64,000 nt of DNA, from NCBI GenBank assembly GCA_051294905.1, contig CM119371.1:10356001-10420000 (forward strand). Direction: 5' to 3'. Shown one piece after another: positions 12,504 through 24,870 of this stretch (within the stretch, counting starts at the first letter, position 1; every line of letters begins with the position of its first letter). The stretch is from Botryllus schlosseri (Eukaryota). Under the pieces are notes generated by a model that saw only the letters and a program-made list of their open reading frames with translations, searched no databases and had not been told where the DNA came from. A program made the translations under genes and the position numbers.

Positions 12504-13361
12504 ATGTCCGCTCCATCGAAAGTTATACCCGAAGATGCCTTCAACAGGGAGGAAACGGTGCAAAATTACATTCAAAGTAAACCGCGTGCAATGATGGATA
12601 TTCCGGTACGGCTTATCATTGAGCGACTCAGGCAAATAGGAAAAGTTCATCAACGGTCCGGATGCCTACTTGATGTGGGGTGTGGCAGTGGCAAATCAAC
12701 CAGATTGTTGGCGAAAAACTTTCAACATACGATCGGAGTAGACCCGAGTGCTGCTATGATATCGTACGCCATCGCTTCCGATAATGACATGGCAGGCGTT
12801 GAGTTTAAAGTTGCAAATGCGGAAAAACTGCCTATTGAAGATAGTTCTGTCGACGTGATTACAGCTATGTTTGTTGTACACTACACCGACCTCGCGAAGT
12901 TCATTCCCGAATGCAAAAGAGTGCTAAAACCAGGCGGCATCGCACTATTTTACTGGCACCAGATATCAAAAATATTGTCTGCTGAAGATGACGCTTTACC
13001 CGTAATAGACGGACCGGTGAAAATGATGATTCGACAGCTATTGGAAAAGGCGAGAGAAATGTCACACCCGAGCTTTCACACATATGAGCTCCACCAAACA
13101 CAATTTGACGCAATCAGCTGGGAAAAGAAAAGCAGAGAGATAAAAGAGCTAGAATTTGCGCTTGATTCTCAATGGAATCTTGGCTCATGGTCTCGCTTCT
13201 ATCATAACCTCCCGGTATATCAAAAAGTGCGTGAAAGCGGCGTAAATCCACTGAGCGAACTCGTGCAAGCTGTGAAAAATACCTGGTCGATGCAGGATAG
13301 GGATTCCGACGACATCAAAATTAGAGTGGTGTACACGACGGTGATGATTCTTTTAGAATAG
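12504..13361 (+). CDS. Class I SAM-dependent methyltransferase (Methyltransf_11/25-like), intronless, 285 aa
   Basis: Motif I LLDVGCGSG, post-I IGVDPS..M, motif II AEKLPIEDSSVDVIT, motif III RVLKPGG; open ATG-to-TAG ORF; paralogue at 38631. Confidence 0.93.
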   Translation: MSAPSKVIPEDAFNREETVQNYIQSKPRAMMDIPVRLIIERLRQIGKVHQRSGCLLDVGCGSGKSTRLLAKNFQHTIGVDPSAAMISYAIASDNDMAGVEFKVANAEKLPIEDSSVDVITAMFVVHYTDLAKFIPECKRVLKPGGIALFYWHQISKILSAEDDALPVIDGPVKMMIRQLLEKAREMSHPSFHTYELHQTQFDAISWEKKSREIKELEFALDSQWNLGSWSRFYHNLPVYQKVRESGVNPLSELVQAVKNTWSMQDRDSDDIKIRVVYTTVMILLE

Positions 13362-14863
13362 CAACATGTTAAAACATTCAATGCAAAATTGATAATGTCT
13401 TGCTCATGTCATAGTGTAACTCATTAAAATGTTGTTTAAAAAGTTACGTGGAAGTGTGATGAGTGAAGAGAAATATATACCACATCAGGAAACATCGAGT
13501 GTAATCATTTAAATATGTGCGAGGCAACATGTAGTTCTCCGGTCGGGCCAGATTCACAAGGACTTCGTTACTGGCGAGGTAAAAGCTCGATAACTTCCTT
13601 TAAATATCACGAAGAGCTTCAGAATTATTGTAGTCGAGATCGCCGAAAATAATTTAGATTATTTTAAATTTAAACATTTTGACAGGTTTCGTTATTCGAA
13701 ACATGTATGTTACTTTTGTCATTTTTACATGAATTCCTAACAATTGCAATTATAAATGTAGAGCCAATGTATCCCGTATGCCTCTACTATGCATTTGTAT
13801 ATTGCATTTAATGATAAATTACAGTTTGCGCGACAATATTGCGAATCGAAACTTGCAAAATTGTCGAATTAATGAGTTTAACAGTAAATTTCAATTTCGT
13901 ATGGTCCGTTTTCGGTCTTGGTTTATTATTATAAATAGTTTTCTTGTATGCTCAGAAGCCCTATACACGCATAAGAGTGAAATCAGGAATATTAACATGG
14001 ATCGCGTATTCTGATATGATTTGGTTGAGTAAATTCAAGACAGCGCCGTGTCGAATAAACAGGAATGACTATCGTGAAGAGTCCTATCCCCAGTTCATAA
14101 TAAACTTTTCACAACTTCTGTTCACATTCCTAGCGGCTGCGATGATGATATTGACTAATTAGACGTGTACATATGCTGAACTCCAATAATTTTTGACAGC
14201 TGTGGGGATATATTATTCGCTGAAAATGGTGTTTTCACCGTAATATATGTTCTGGTTTGGATAGATTTTGTATCATATTCGATCGTTACGTAAATCGTCA
14301 TATTACAGTGCTAAGTGACGTGTGCAGTGGGTTTGATGTTGAGTTCGATTGGATTGCCTCTGTCAAACGAAATCCATGAGTATCCATTCGTAGTTCTTTC
14401 AATCAGATTTCGCATAAGTCATGTTAAATAAGTGACAAGAATGACAATACAAAATGCTGTTGTATGTGTGAGAACTGAAATAAAAATAATTCTTAAATAA
14501 AATAACAGAAATAAACACTTTTACCTAATACACGTTGGCAGTATGAATTTCCTGATCTAGTAAATTCCTTCAGAAATTCGATATTAATAGCATTTGTTTC
14601 TGCACCCCATTTTCGCAACCGCTCGACCGGCAAATAAAAATATTTCGGTGAGAGTGTGAACATAAACCGCGATCTGTACCTTGTTGCCTACTGAATTTGT
14701 TGATGTTGGCAATATACACTGTAAAAAATATCCTCGGTAAATCCCGACCTTAGGCTCGGATATGACTCGATTCAACCCGTTTCCTAGTTTTTTCCCCAAA
14801 ACGTCGACTCGTTTTCAGTGCATTCCGAGTCACGCGAGATGTCAACCGCATGCGAGGTTGGAA

Positions 14864-15130
14864 ATTACCGAGGATACCATTACCGAAGCTGGAACCTTAC
14901 CGAGAATGGTCATTACCGAGAATAGACACAACCGAGAATGGACATTACCGAGAATACCATTACCGAGAATGGACACTACCGAGAATATACATTACCGAGA
15001 ATGGTCATTACCGAGAATAAACCACCGAAAATGGACATTACCGAGAATGTACCCTACCGAGAATTACCGAGAATAATCATTACCGAGAATGGACAGCATC
15101 GAGAATGAACATTACAGAGAATGAACAATG
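14864..15130. repeat. ~15-17-bp tandem repeat (cattaccgagaat..), probably the arm of a small TE; one inverted unit near 15262-15283
   Basis: Repeated 'attaccgagaat' units with 3-5 nt linkers. Confidence 0.85.
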
Positions 15131-16583
15131 TCAAGAATCCAACTTACTAGGACGGATGTTGCCGAGATTAATACCTGAGAATCGACACCGAACGTGACAA
15201 CGCCGTGATAAATATATACATGTCCTGTACCTCTGAGTAACATGCCCGCATGGCATATATTGCATTCTCGGTAATGTCCATTCTTGAGGATGGATCAACA
15301 TCAAAAAGAACTGTGACATCGGGCACTCTGGGCCGAGGTGGATGCTAGAGTGAAGGATCGCTGCTGATGCGTGTCATTCAACATCCTCCTATCTCGTTAC
15401 ATTGCATTGTGTCTTATCGCATTGTGCATTGTGCGTAACAGTCTTTGTCAAAACATTTTGTAGTGGAAAATTCCATTGTAAAATCGGGAGTTGAGATTAC
15501 ATCATCGCGCTTTCGGGCGATCATGATAGCTGATTATTCAGTACAGAGCAAGAATGGGCAATTATTTCCATCCGCGCTAAACGATGTCAAACATGTTACA
15601 TTTTGAACTGCCTTGTAACCCGTATTCGCGTTTGTCTAATGCGTAATGCGTAGCCTAATGTGACATTGCAACAAAGAAGGTTTGGTGACTTTAATTGTCG
15701 CGGCATATTAGTATGTGATTATTTGTTCTGCGATCTCAAAATCACAATGCACGTTCAATTTTAACGCGCCTTCAATTTTAACGCGCCTAAGCCCACTAAC
15801 TATGACACAGTAGATTCAGTTTTGTGGCCACCAATGCCCGCGCTTTCAATTTTATTTCACTTGGCATAATGAATGGAGTGCTGTGTAGCAAGCGCTTAAT
15901 ATAGCAACGAACACTCGAACAGGCACGAAGCTCCATCATTTCCGTCTCGGTTCAGCAGGCATGACAAAGTTTCCGCAACTATTTGCTCTTATATATCGAC
16001 CCGAGAGAGGTCTTTTGAGGTCAAGAATTTGCCGCACGAGTAGATGCGCGTACCAAGCATTTCGCCAGGAGTTAACGAACAGAGTGCGGTTTCACGCCGA
16101 CAGACGGCCATGAATTGGGTATGTTCTTAGAAATTATATGGCAATGGATATGAAACATATGGTAGGCAGGGGATTTATGTTGTAAATGAGGCTGATGATG
16201 GATCAATATTTTGTCGTGTGGAATATATTCTATATTTCAATGAACAGTGGCACTTGTGTGGTGGCCGTTGCTGAAGTCGAGATTTGTACGACATTTACAC
16301 TGCTATGCTGTGGAGGAAACCGGTTCTGTTTACGTTTTTCAGCCCGGGGAAATATTTTAGCAAAGGCCCCATGATGCATACTTTATTGGCTGCATCAACA
16401 AATATGTTTTAAGTTTGAAGCCTAAAGATAATTGAGCTCATACAGTGTAGTATGTTGATTGAAAAATATTGCTTGACACAAGTTTTGTGCAATTTTCATT
16501 ATTTTGATTATGACCATTGTATTTTACAGATACACACTACAGCTGGTTATCAAATTACCACTGTGATTGTTGTACAGTTGAAT

Positions 16584-19299
16584 ATGAAACTGCTGATTAG
16601 TTATGGTGATATTAGAAGAGTGATCACAGTTAATCACCAATCTGCGGTTCCTGATGTTGTGAGAAATGTATTTCGTAATGAAATTGGGGACAATCAATTC
16701 AAAATGGAATATTATGACAAGACATTTGATTCGTTCGTCGAACTTTATAACATGTCGGCAATTGTAGATGGACTAACGTTGCGGCTGATTTTGAGCACCA
16801 GTGGCGGTAAGTGAAATGTAGGATCAGTAGGCTCATTCACAAGAGAGATGAATATTTACCTACTCATATATTTCTTGCAATAAATTAGATTAGAATTAGA
16901 TTACTGACATTTCGCTATAATTTTGTGAAATTACGCAACTATAATTATCTACCGTAGTTCTTCAAGTCTGATCTGATGTGCCTTGGCGAAATAGATTCAA
17001 CCCTCATCGAGTCTATTTTTATTGGTGCAGAGGGAACCTCTCCAAAAACCAACAACTCTGTTGTTGAACGTTTGTTACCTGTATAACGGGTGAGAGGGAG
17101 AACATTAAGGATATTGATATTTAGCACAAGAGAATAGCATATTTTGAAACAACAACATTAATAATAACTGAAATCAATTTAAACATTTCAAAAACTACCT
17201 GGCATTTCTCCAAAATTTCAAATCAGATAGCATGCACCATAGTATGACCTCCGGGGCGTGTGTTGGTTGGTGACATGGTCTATAACGCACAGCGTCACGT
17301 GAATTTTTCAACGAAGGGGTTCCAAAACTTTTTATAGTCCCGATCTCAAACTTTTATTGGTAAATGTTCCGCGACCCGCCTCCGCAGATTATTAAAGAAA
17401 GTGGTCTGCACCTTCTCCCAAACCTACTCTTGGCGTATGCGAGAGTCTATTGACTATTCGCGCAGTAATAGCAATTACGCAATTATAAACTCGTCAAAAT
17501 TTGACGATGAAAAGTAACCTCTGACCATCTCTGATTAGAAAATTTTTTTTTTCTTGTAGATTCCAACCGTATACCCTCCGGAGGATGACAGTAGCATCGA
17601 AGCGCATTAAAATGAAATGAAGACTGAGTGGAAAAGAAGCCGGAACGCTGATAAAAACACAATCTTGGATAGGATGAAAAGAACCTTCAAAGATCGTCGA
17701 CATAACGTTAGCAAAGGGACATCAACAAAGAGTCTGTTGTGTGCGTACCCAGTTCTGGCAGGTGCATATTGGGTAGGTATAACGTATTGGTTTCAGGCAC
17801 GATTTATAAGCCCTGTGTGCATACATACGAAACGCACAAGAATGAATTACACTAAACTAGTGGTTCTCAACCTGGGGGGCGTGAAAGCTTCTGAAGGGGG
17901 GCGCGAAGAAGCGGTCAACTACAAAAATTTGCGCTTTGCGCGATTTACCTCCAATTCAGGCTTGTTTCTCTATATATAGGCCGAATTTCATATTTTTGAA
18001 TTCTCTCGTCAACGGTCATAACCTTCCATGCCATCAAACAATCTGTTGGGGTTGCTAGCATCCCCGTTGGATAAAATTTCATAAAATACTCTATAATTTA
18101 TGCTGATTCACTAAATAATTTTGGGCCCCCTTCGAGCTCGCTCCCCCAATTCAGGGGCTTGGGGTGCGGCAGTTACGGTCCTGTCAATATCTCTAACTAT
18201 ACTTATATCTATAGGTACTGCCCGTTCAACTGGAAAGTTCGGGCACATTGCAATGGAACAGCAGTGACGTATTCTTAGCAGTCTACTCACAACTAGGGCT
18301 GGGCAAAATCGAGTACCTAAGTGATTCGATTCTGAATCACGTAATATGCTTCGAGTCGAGTCGAGTAATCGAGTATCACCCATAATGACGTCATAACGGA
18401 ATGTAATACATTAAAGTTCAAATATGCACCGTTTATGCCACCGCAAAGAATATATTGCCTGTTATCCATCTCATAAATGATACTTTGGAATTTTTCAGAC
18501 CATACCGATTTCATTCCACTTGGTGGCAATGTTGTGGGATAATCATGTCTTCCGAAATGTGCTATGTCCAGTAACCTTCGTAGCTTTGTACTATATTTTT
18601 CGTTTGCTACGATACCGCCAATCAGGGTTTCAAGGCCTCAACAGTGAAAATTGGTATCGATACTATAAATCTCGTTGATGAGGTAACTTTCAGTGGCGAG
18701 AAGCGTATTATCTTAGTACTCGAAAAATCGTCGTTTACTACTCGACTCGAATCATTAAAATTAATACTCGATTCAGATTCGAGTACTCGAATCATTATGC
18801 CCAGCCCTACTCACAACTTGCGTGCAACCCTAATTGAAAACTCCAGACTCCAAGCCAAGCAAGAGCATTTTATAAATATAATTTTTTTTCGTAGATCGAT
18901 TTCTCAATATTTTTGTGGGGGCCGCAAGAAGGCCAGTTGGGGGCCGCATGCGGCCCTCAGGGCTGCGGTTGGGAATCACTGATTTAAACTATTCCATGGA
19001 TACTGGATATTAGTAACGTTTATATTTCGTAGGAACCAAAGAATGTCTACCCGACCATCGCATTCAATTCTGAGACGGAAAAGTGGACGATTCATTTCGA
19101 TGGAGAAGTTGTGAAAGGTTTATTTGGTTTTCACCATGCTCTAGCATGCCTGATAGCTATTTATTGGGTTTTCAATGTGAAGTTTGCTCCTTCATCATCA
19201 AACTCCTTGAACTTTATCGCAACTTTTCTCGCCGAGCTTCCAAACGTCAAGCCAACTAATGCTGTTCGTAACAAGATAAACATGATATTCGATGAATAA
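16584..19299 (+). pseudogene. SAMD3-like / EnSpm accessory protein gene, multi-exon, disrupted
   Basis: Putative exons 16584-16806, 16958-17089, 17560-17772 and 19033-19299 with GT..AG boundaries. Peptides: 'MEYYDKTFDSFVEL', 'EDDSSIEAH*NEMKTEW..MKRTFKDRR..YPVL' (in-frame stop) and 'ALACLIAIYWVFNVKF'. Confidence 0.65.
18294..18809. mobile_element. hAT (Ac-type) MITE, 'TAGGGCTGGGCA' family
   Basis: TIR TAGGGCTGGGCA / TGCCCAGCCCTA; TSD CTCACAAC; copies at 50366-50864 and 58014-58522. Confidence 0.92.
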
Positions 19300-20924
19300 T
19301 GGTCGTATTATGATTTGTGGCGGTCCTGTTTTTGCCATCTTTGATGACTGCCAGCAGTAATAACTTGTGTTGTGACGCTTAGCATTGGTTTTTTAATTAA
19401 TCGGTGCTACTCTATAGTCGTCCTTGTCGATATTAATTCGCAAAAAATTTGTAATGATCGTGGCCCAAAATTTGGTCTTTTGATTATATTTTTGGATTGC
19501 TTAACGCATTGGCAACCAATTGGCCTAAACCTTATAAGCACCATTGTTCAGTTGTTAGCACCAGCACATAGCGTGCTCATTACACAATAAAATTTTCAAC
19601 TTGAACAACAAACATATGTTGTTTGTTTACCTGTAATAATTACGCTTCATTATGAATTTGTGACCCTGCAGGTTTCCAATATTGTTCATTGTACTTTCAT
19701 GGAACATTGCTTGATTTGCTGCATACACTGTTCTTTAACTGCAGACTGACTACTGATTTTGTGTGTTTAAGGTGAAAGGTCAATGACATTTATTTGTCAG
19801 GCTCGGTTTCTTGCAATCCTAGTCAGTCAGCACAGTTATGATTTGGCTGAGGTGAAAGGTCAATGAAAATATAGGTGAAAGGTCAATGAAAATTATCAGA
19901 CTCGGTTTTTTCCAATCCGAGTCATGGAAAACTCGGGTTTTACCTACTTTAATAAGGTCGGAAAGTAGTTTCCCGGGTCATAAGTCGGGGAATTTTGAAC
20001 CTAACCTAATGTCGGGATTTACCGAGGATATTTTTTACAGTGTAGGTCGTCGTTTTGCAGGTGTTTGTGCTCGAGAAGAAAACAGTCTCTATGTCACTTC
20101 TCATTTGCCGCTTTACCTTCATCACTAATCAGTAAGGCGGATTTTTTAGCTGAAAAAAACTTGATCATTGTACCCTCAAAATGAATATTTTGACATTTCT
20201 GAAATTAAAAAATTAAATTTTTACAAAATGTTACCCTCATGTATGTAGAATAGACGTTTTCGCACATAATGTTAAATTGCAATCCTTTACTTCGTTTCTG
20301 GTGTGAACTGCCTGTCCTTGCGAAGGCGCTTCACTGCTAAACTACGCAAGCAGCATTATAGACCCAATCATTCAAAATGCAAGATAAATTACGAAACCTT
20401 AGAAAGTTTTAGAAAGATATGAGGGAATACCCTTCCCTACCTACCACCTTCATATCTATGATATACAATTATAAACGTATGAGCGATATTCATTGGATTT
20501 AAATCTTACAAGAGTGTTGGTTAAGGTACACACTGGGCACTGTTAGCAATTTATACAGCAGATATACATTACGAGTATATTACTTTACCATTAGTTTACG
20601 ACAGCTTAACCCGTAAGCTCCGATCATTGCGTTTGCGATCAATTTATTTGTGACATAACAATCGAGGCTCCGTAACACGCACAATCATTGAGTGATTGGT
20701 TGCTCTCACATGTCAACTCACCGTATCGATAACAATCCGAACTTTTAAAAGATACAGCGATTTAGTCGACATCGATTACTTGACGAGTCGATCCGCATTT
20801 CTGAAACGTCGAGTCGAGTCAAGTCATTTTGGAAAGTGACCCGAGTCAAGTCAAGTCACACGAATAAGAAGACTCGAGTCATCCCAACATTGAATCCCAG
20901 CTACTAAAATTCGAATACTTTAAA

Positions 20925-21370
20925 CAAAACTTCCATCGAAACAAGCAGAATGGCGAATCCGTTTAGGTTGTAGGCTAGCAAAGTTTGTTTGTTTGTTTTG
21001 AGGTATTCATGGTGTTTGTCGACTACTACGGTCATCTACACCAGGCCGATATTATTCATTTTTATTCCGTAACTGCCGACTTACAGCACGGCCCACTTGT
21101 AGGCTTTTTGTAGGACACCGCTTATGCGGATGAGAAGACCAGGAGGAGCCTGGATAAACTCCAACGCGTAGGTATAGGATTCTGATGTCGACCTCGGTCG
21201 GACTCGAACCCACAACCCATAGATATTGCAGCCGCGGATTATACCACGGCACTATCTCGCCATTAGGCTAGCAAATTTATTTGCGGAAAGCTGATCCATC
21301 CACCGACCACGCAGATCTCCAAAACGCTAGCGGGTCTACCGAGGATATCGAGGATTGCTTGCAAGTCTTT
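20925..21370 (-). pseudogene. Short MFS transporter relic split by a SINE
   Basis: With the SINE removed, the sequence 'gcgaatccg...gctagcaaa...gctgatccatccaccgaccacgcagatc...gtctaccgag' matches 8450-8590 and 25640-25740. Confidence 0.75.
20983..21263 (-). mobile_element. Full-length tRNA-derived SINE (family A)
   Basis: Minus-strand head GGCGAGATAGTGCCGTGGTA...GGTTCGAGTCC; (AAAC)n tail; 12-bp TSD TAGGCTAGCAAA (20971-20982, 21264-21275). Confidence 0.9.
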
Positions 21371-22202
21371 TTAGGCCTTGTGCACCACACGGCCCGAATT
21401 TTATAATGCCAATGGTTCTTCGCTTTTTGCATTCCCGTGGACAGCTTTCAATCTCTCTCGAGGTCATTCTTCAAGCGCTCTCACTCCCATGAGTCCCGAT
21501 CGAGTATAGCTAGCTCTAAAATTATACATCCCCCAGCCTTTGTGAAAAGATGCCTAATTGGTCATCCTGTCTTGTGTCTATATCTAATACCTAAAAAATG
21601 GTTACTTTTCTCTGAGAACAGCAGTTTACTCGGATTCCATGAATGTGAATTTTGTCCGCAATTTGTTCGATTTACTACATCGCTAAATGCATATATTCAC
21701 GTTGCCGGAGGACAGTAAGGCTGCGAGATTAGATAAACGAGCCACCTTCTACTCGGCAATCGTAGCATTCGTCTTGGCAGACCCTCTCTGTTGCAGCATA
21801 TCTGCGGCTCGTGGCGTCTTCCGATTTTTTTTAAATCGGTAGACCCATTGTATAAACTATTTATAGTGGATAATTATCGTTGATATCAGGTAAACGTACC
21901 TTACAAGAGGTACAACATTGTGCTACCCGGAGGAATGTATTAGGTATTGCAATATTCATTTTGCTGATCGTCAGTTATTTAAAATTGGCCATTGTAGGGT
22001 TACTCGACAAATACCATGACTACCCAACACAAACCAACAAACCTGTTTATGCCCTACCCTCTTTCGTTGCATCTCTTAATACTATAAAGGTGGTACACTA
22101 TATGCAAGACCTATGAACTATGGGATTGTTGTTATCCAATTGCAACAGTGAGCATGTTCAATTATTATTGTTCTGTTCATATTCATAGCAATAACATCGA
22201 AC

Positions 22203-22490
22203 GGGGGAGATGGCGTAGTGGTGACTATAAGCGCCTACCGTCCTGATGGACTGGGTTCGATTCCGCGCAAGAGGTTATAATGGGCTACTCTTACCCCGCA
22301 TCGCTGTCCTTACGGCGACGAAAAGCCCAGAAAAAGACCGATGAAAGAGCGCACTCACGAAGAATCGAAAGAGCAAGAAAGAACCGCGGTGGTTGCCGGT
22401 TTGGGAGACCACAACTGTAATCGCAACTAGGCGTTTGGCATCCTCCTATCTGTTCATTACATCGCATTACATACATTACGTTGTGTGTAT
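22203..22490 (+). mobile_element. tRNA-derived SINE (family B)
   Basis: 'tggcgtagtgg' A-box, 'gggttcgattcc' B-box; body similar to 8905-9230. Confidence 0.75.
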
Positions 22491-22729
22491 GTGATGAAAA
22501 TATAATCTGATTATTAATGATATTGATTGCTCATGAAACTTACAATTATTCGAAGTCATGTCAGCTCAAAAAGTTGTGGAGAAGTCGAAACAAAATCCAG
22601 CTTCGCCAGAATCAAAAACAGGCATGGTTGGTATATGTGTGATGCGGTGAGTTTTGGATTATACAATATTGTAATTATTCTTCGGTTTTATATCCTAATT
22701 CTATTCGATGATGTGATGAAGTATATTAT

Positions 22730-23090
22730 CATAGTGTCCTATATGGTGCAATGGAGCAGCTCAGGAGCAAGTGCGCACGAGAGTAAGATTGTGAATGCTC
22801 AATCCATTACGCAACAATGTCCAATACGCTTGCGGTTTGAGCTGCTCCTCATTTTTTTTGGGGGGGTGGGGGGGGGGGGTCCAGGGCCACGAGCGGAATA
22901 AAATGTATGTTTTCGCAATCAGTAACACAATAGCTTTCGATTGATCCCCGTTTTATCCGATTTCGCGCTCGGTAAGCCGGCCAAAAATTACCGTCAAATT
23001 GGCTCTAGCCAAATGGAAAGTGTGACGTAGAGCAATTTCACTGAGCCGTGAGATTTGCTTGTGTCCACTAACACCATATAGGACACTATG
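22730..23090. mobile_element. MITE with CATAG termini and 7-bp TSD (P-superfamily-like)
   Basis: Perfect 19-bp TIR CATAGTGTCCTATATGGTG; TSD ATATTAT (22723-22729, 23091-23097). Confidence 0.85.
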
Positions 23091-23386
23091 ATATTATGAA
23101 GTAAACGTTTAAATAATCACCAAGTTTCAAGACGAAATCTTTACTGATAGTTAATTCAAATTCAGTGCCACCTCACAGATTCCCCAGAATCCATCGTAAT
23201 CGCAAATTATTATGCCTAATGAATAATAGATATTTTTCAACCAGTTTTCATGGTCTCAACTTGCCTGAACTGCTGAGACAATATCGACTACATGGCTTAG
23301 TATAGGTATGGGTATTGATTTGAACCCACGTACCGCATATATATGATTACAATAAAATTGGATGAAACAATATTTGCTAATTAGAA

Positions 23387-24221
23387 TAGGGTTACCATAT
23401 TTCTGCAACCCGAATCCCGGACACTTTTTAGCGCCAACTAGTGGGTTTCAGAATAAGTTATGACGTCACACTAACAAAACTTTGCTCATAGACCAGAGGT
23501 GGTGACGATCCGGGTCAGGAATATGTGGCTGTGTGTTGTGTAACCGGGGCCGAAAGCACATGTTTTCAGCCCCTTTCCACCCAAATAAACAATGATATTG
23601 GTCCCACACTATAGGGTAATCGATGCAACTTCCGGGGGAGAGGGGTGTTTGTTATATAAATCTGGTTTCTATATGCATCTGCTCGTTAAATTATTTGAAT
23701 GAATTCTGTCAGTAATATTGGTTGTTCCATACATTACTATATAGATACTACTCTCCGCCAACATGATCACAGTTAGCGGGTGGAGGATGATGAGTTCGAA
23801 AATACAGGGAGCGTAATTGCACATCGTTAAGTCATGTTTATGTCCTACCGATAAGATTGTTTCTCAGCCTTGTGCCGGTGCGCACCACTGAGCTTTATAA
23901 ACACCTCACATCCAATGGTTTCCTCCCTTTTATGGTCGCGACTCCACTTTTATTTCAGTTTTTGCGAGGGTGGTATTCACCATATTAAATTTATTAAATG
24001 TGATCGTAAATCGCGCCTAGCGCGAAGAAAAACATCATGCATCAGCATAAATATTCCGAAAAACTATTGTTTTTAGAGTGATTTACTAAAAAAAATATGA
24101 GTCTACGTCAAGTCTTCAAAATTCCGGACATTTGGCATATTTTAGAAATTCCTCCCGGACGCTAGTTTGAACAATGAAATCCCGGACATGTCCGGGAAAT
24201 TCCGGACGTATGGCAACCCTA
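23387..24221. mobile_element. hAT-type MITE in the 3' flank of MFS copy 2
   Basis: TAGGGTTACCATA / TATGGCAACCCTA; TSD AATTAGAA; the equivalent site in copy 3 (~63017) is empty. Confidence 0.9.
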
Positions 24222-24870
24222 AATTAGAAGCACATTGAACTACTATAAAATATTACACTTGTTTAGCATCTTGTTTATATGTCCGAAGAAACAGAATAGC
24301 CATAGGAAAACACAACAAAAAGGGAATCGGAAACATGACACCGAACGCGGAGCTGTGCTAAATGTCATGAACACAACTCCACCTGCCGTCAGCATGTTTT
24401 ACGGTTTTAATCGAATAGAGTTAGTCATGTGGGCAGTTATTCCCGATCAGCGGTCTTTCAGACAAATCCACAATGCAGCACGACTGAATGTTAATGTTAA
24501 ATACGACGAATAAACACTAGCGACGTTTTTTATAATGGTTAATGGAAGCTAGCTACTGAACCTGTGAAGATTAAGATCAGCACTGAAGAAACGCAAATTA
24601 TTGTTAGTCTCCGCTTGGAAAATCTATTAAAAATTTGACCAACTATAGGTCCCACAGCAATTGCAATTACGATACCAATTATTAACAGCAACCCTACAAA
24701 CTGATCATTCAAATAGGGAAATTCTTTCAAAATGAAAGAAGATACAAGGGTGGCGCCGTACGCTCGGTTGGTCATCGTGAAAGCGTACAATATAAAAAAT
24801 GTCTCGTATGGGCGATAAGAAAAAAAATTGTGAAGTTTTCCAACTCTATTTTCAGGCTGTAGGTCGGTGA

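Larger units (their letters stand above)
14717..20042 (+). mobile_element. CACTA/EnSpm (CMC)-type DNA transposon, non-autonomous
   Basis: Perfect 32-bp TIR CACTGTAAAAAATATCCTCGGTAAATCCCGAC at both ends; TA dinucleotide on each side; spliced accessory gene inside, no transposase motifs seen. Confidence 0.85.

Noticed and set aside
12504..13361. Bacterial contamination or a prokaryotic operon (intronless methyltransferase + MFS)
   Set aside because: Genes are embedded in eukaryotic TEs and SINEs with shared duplicated flanks; no RBS or operon spacing. Ancient horizontal origin remains untested.
14864..15130. Regular repeats with short variable spacers suggesting a CRISPR array
   Set aside because: Units are ~12 bp with 3-5 nt linkers, there are no cas genes, and the context is a eukaryotic TE.
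21188..21261. tRNA-Cys gene (GCA triplet, T-loop GGTTCGAGTCC)
   Set aside because: Acceptor and anticodon stems do not pair properly; it is followed by a SINE body, tail and TSD. The same reasoning applies to the tRNA-like heads at 8905 and 22203.
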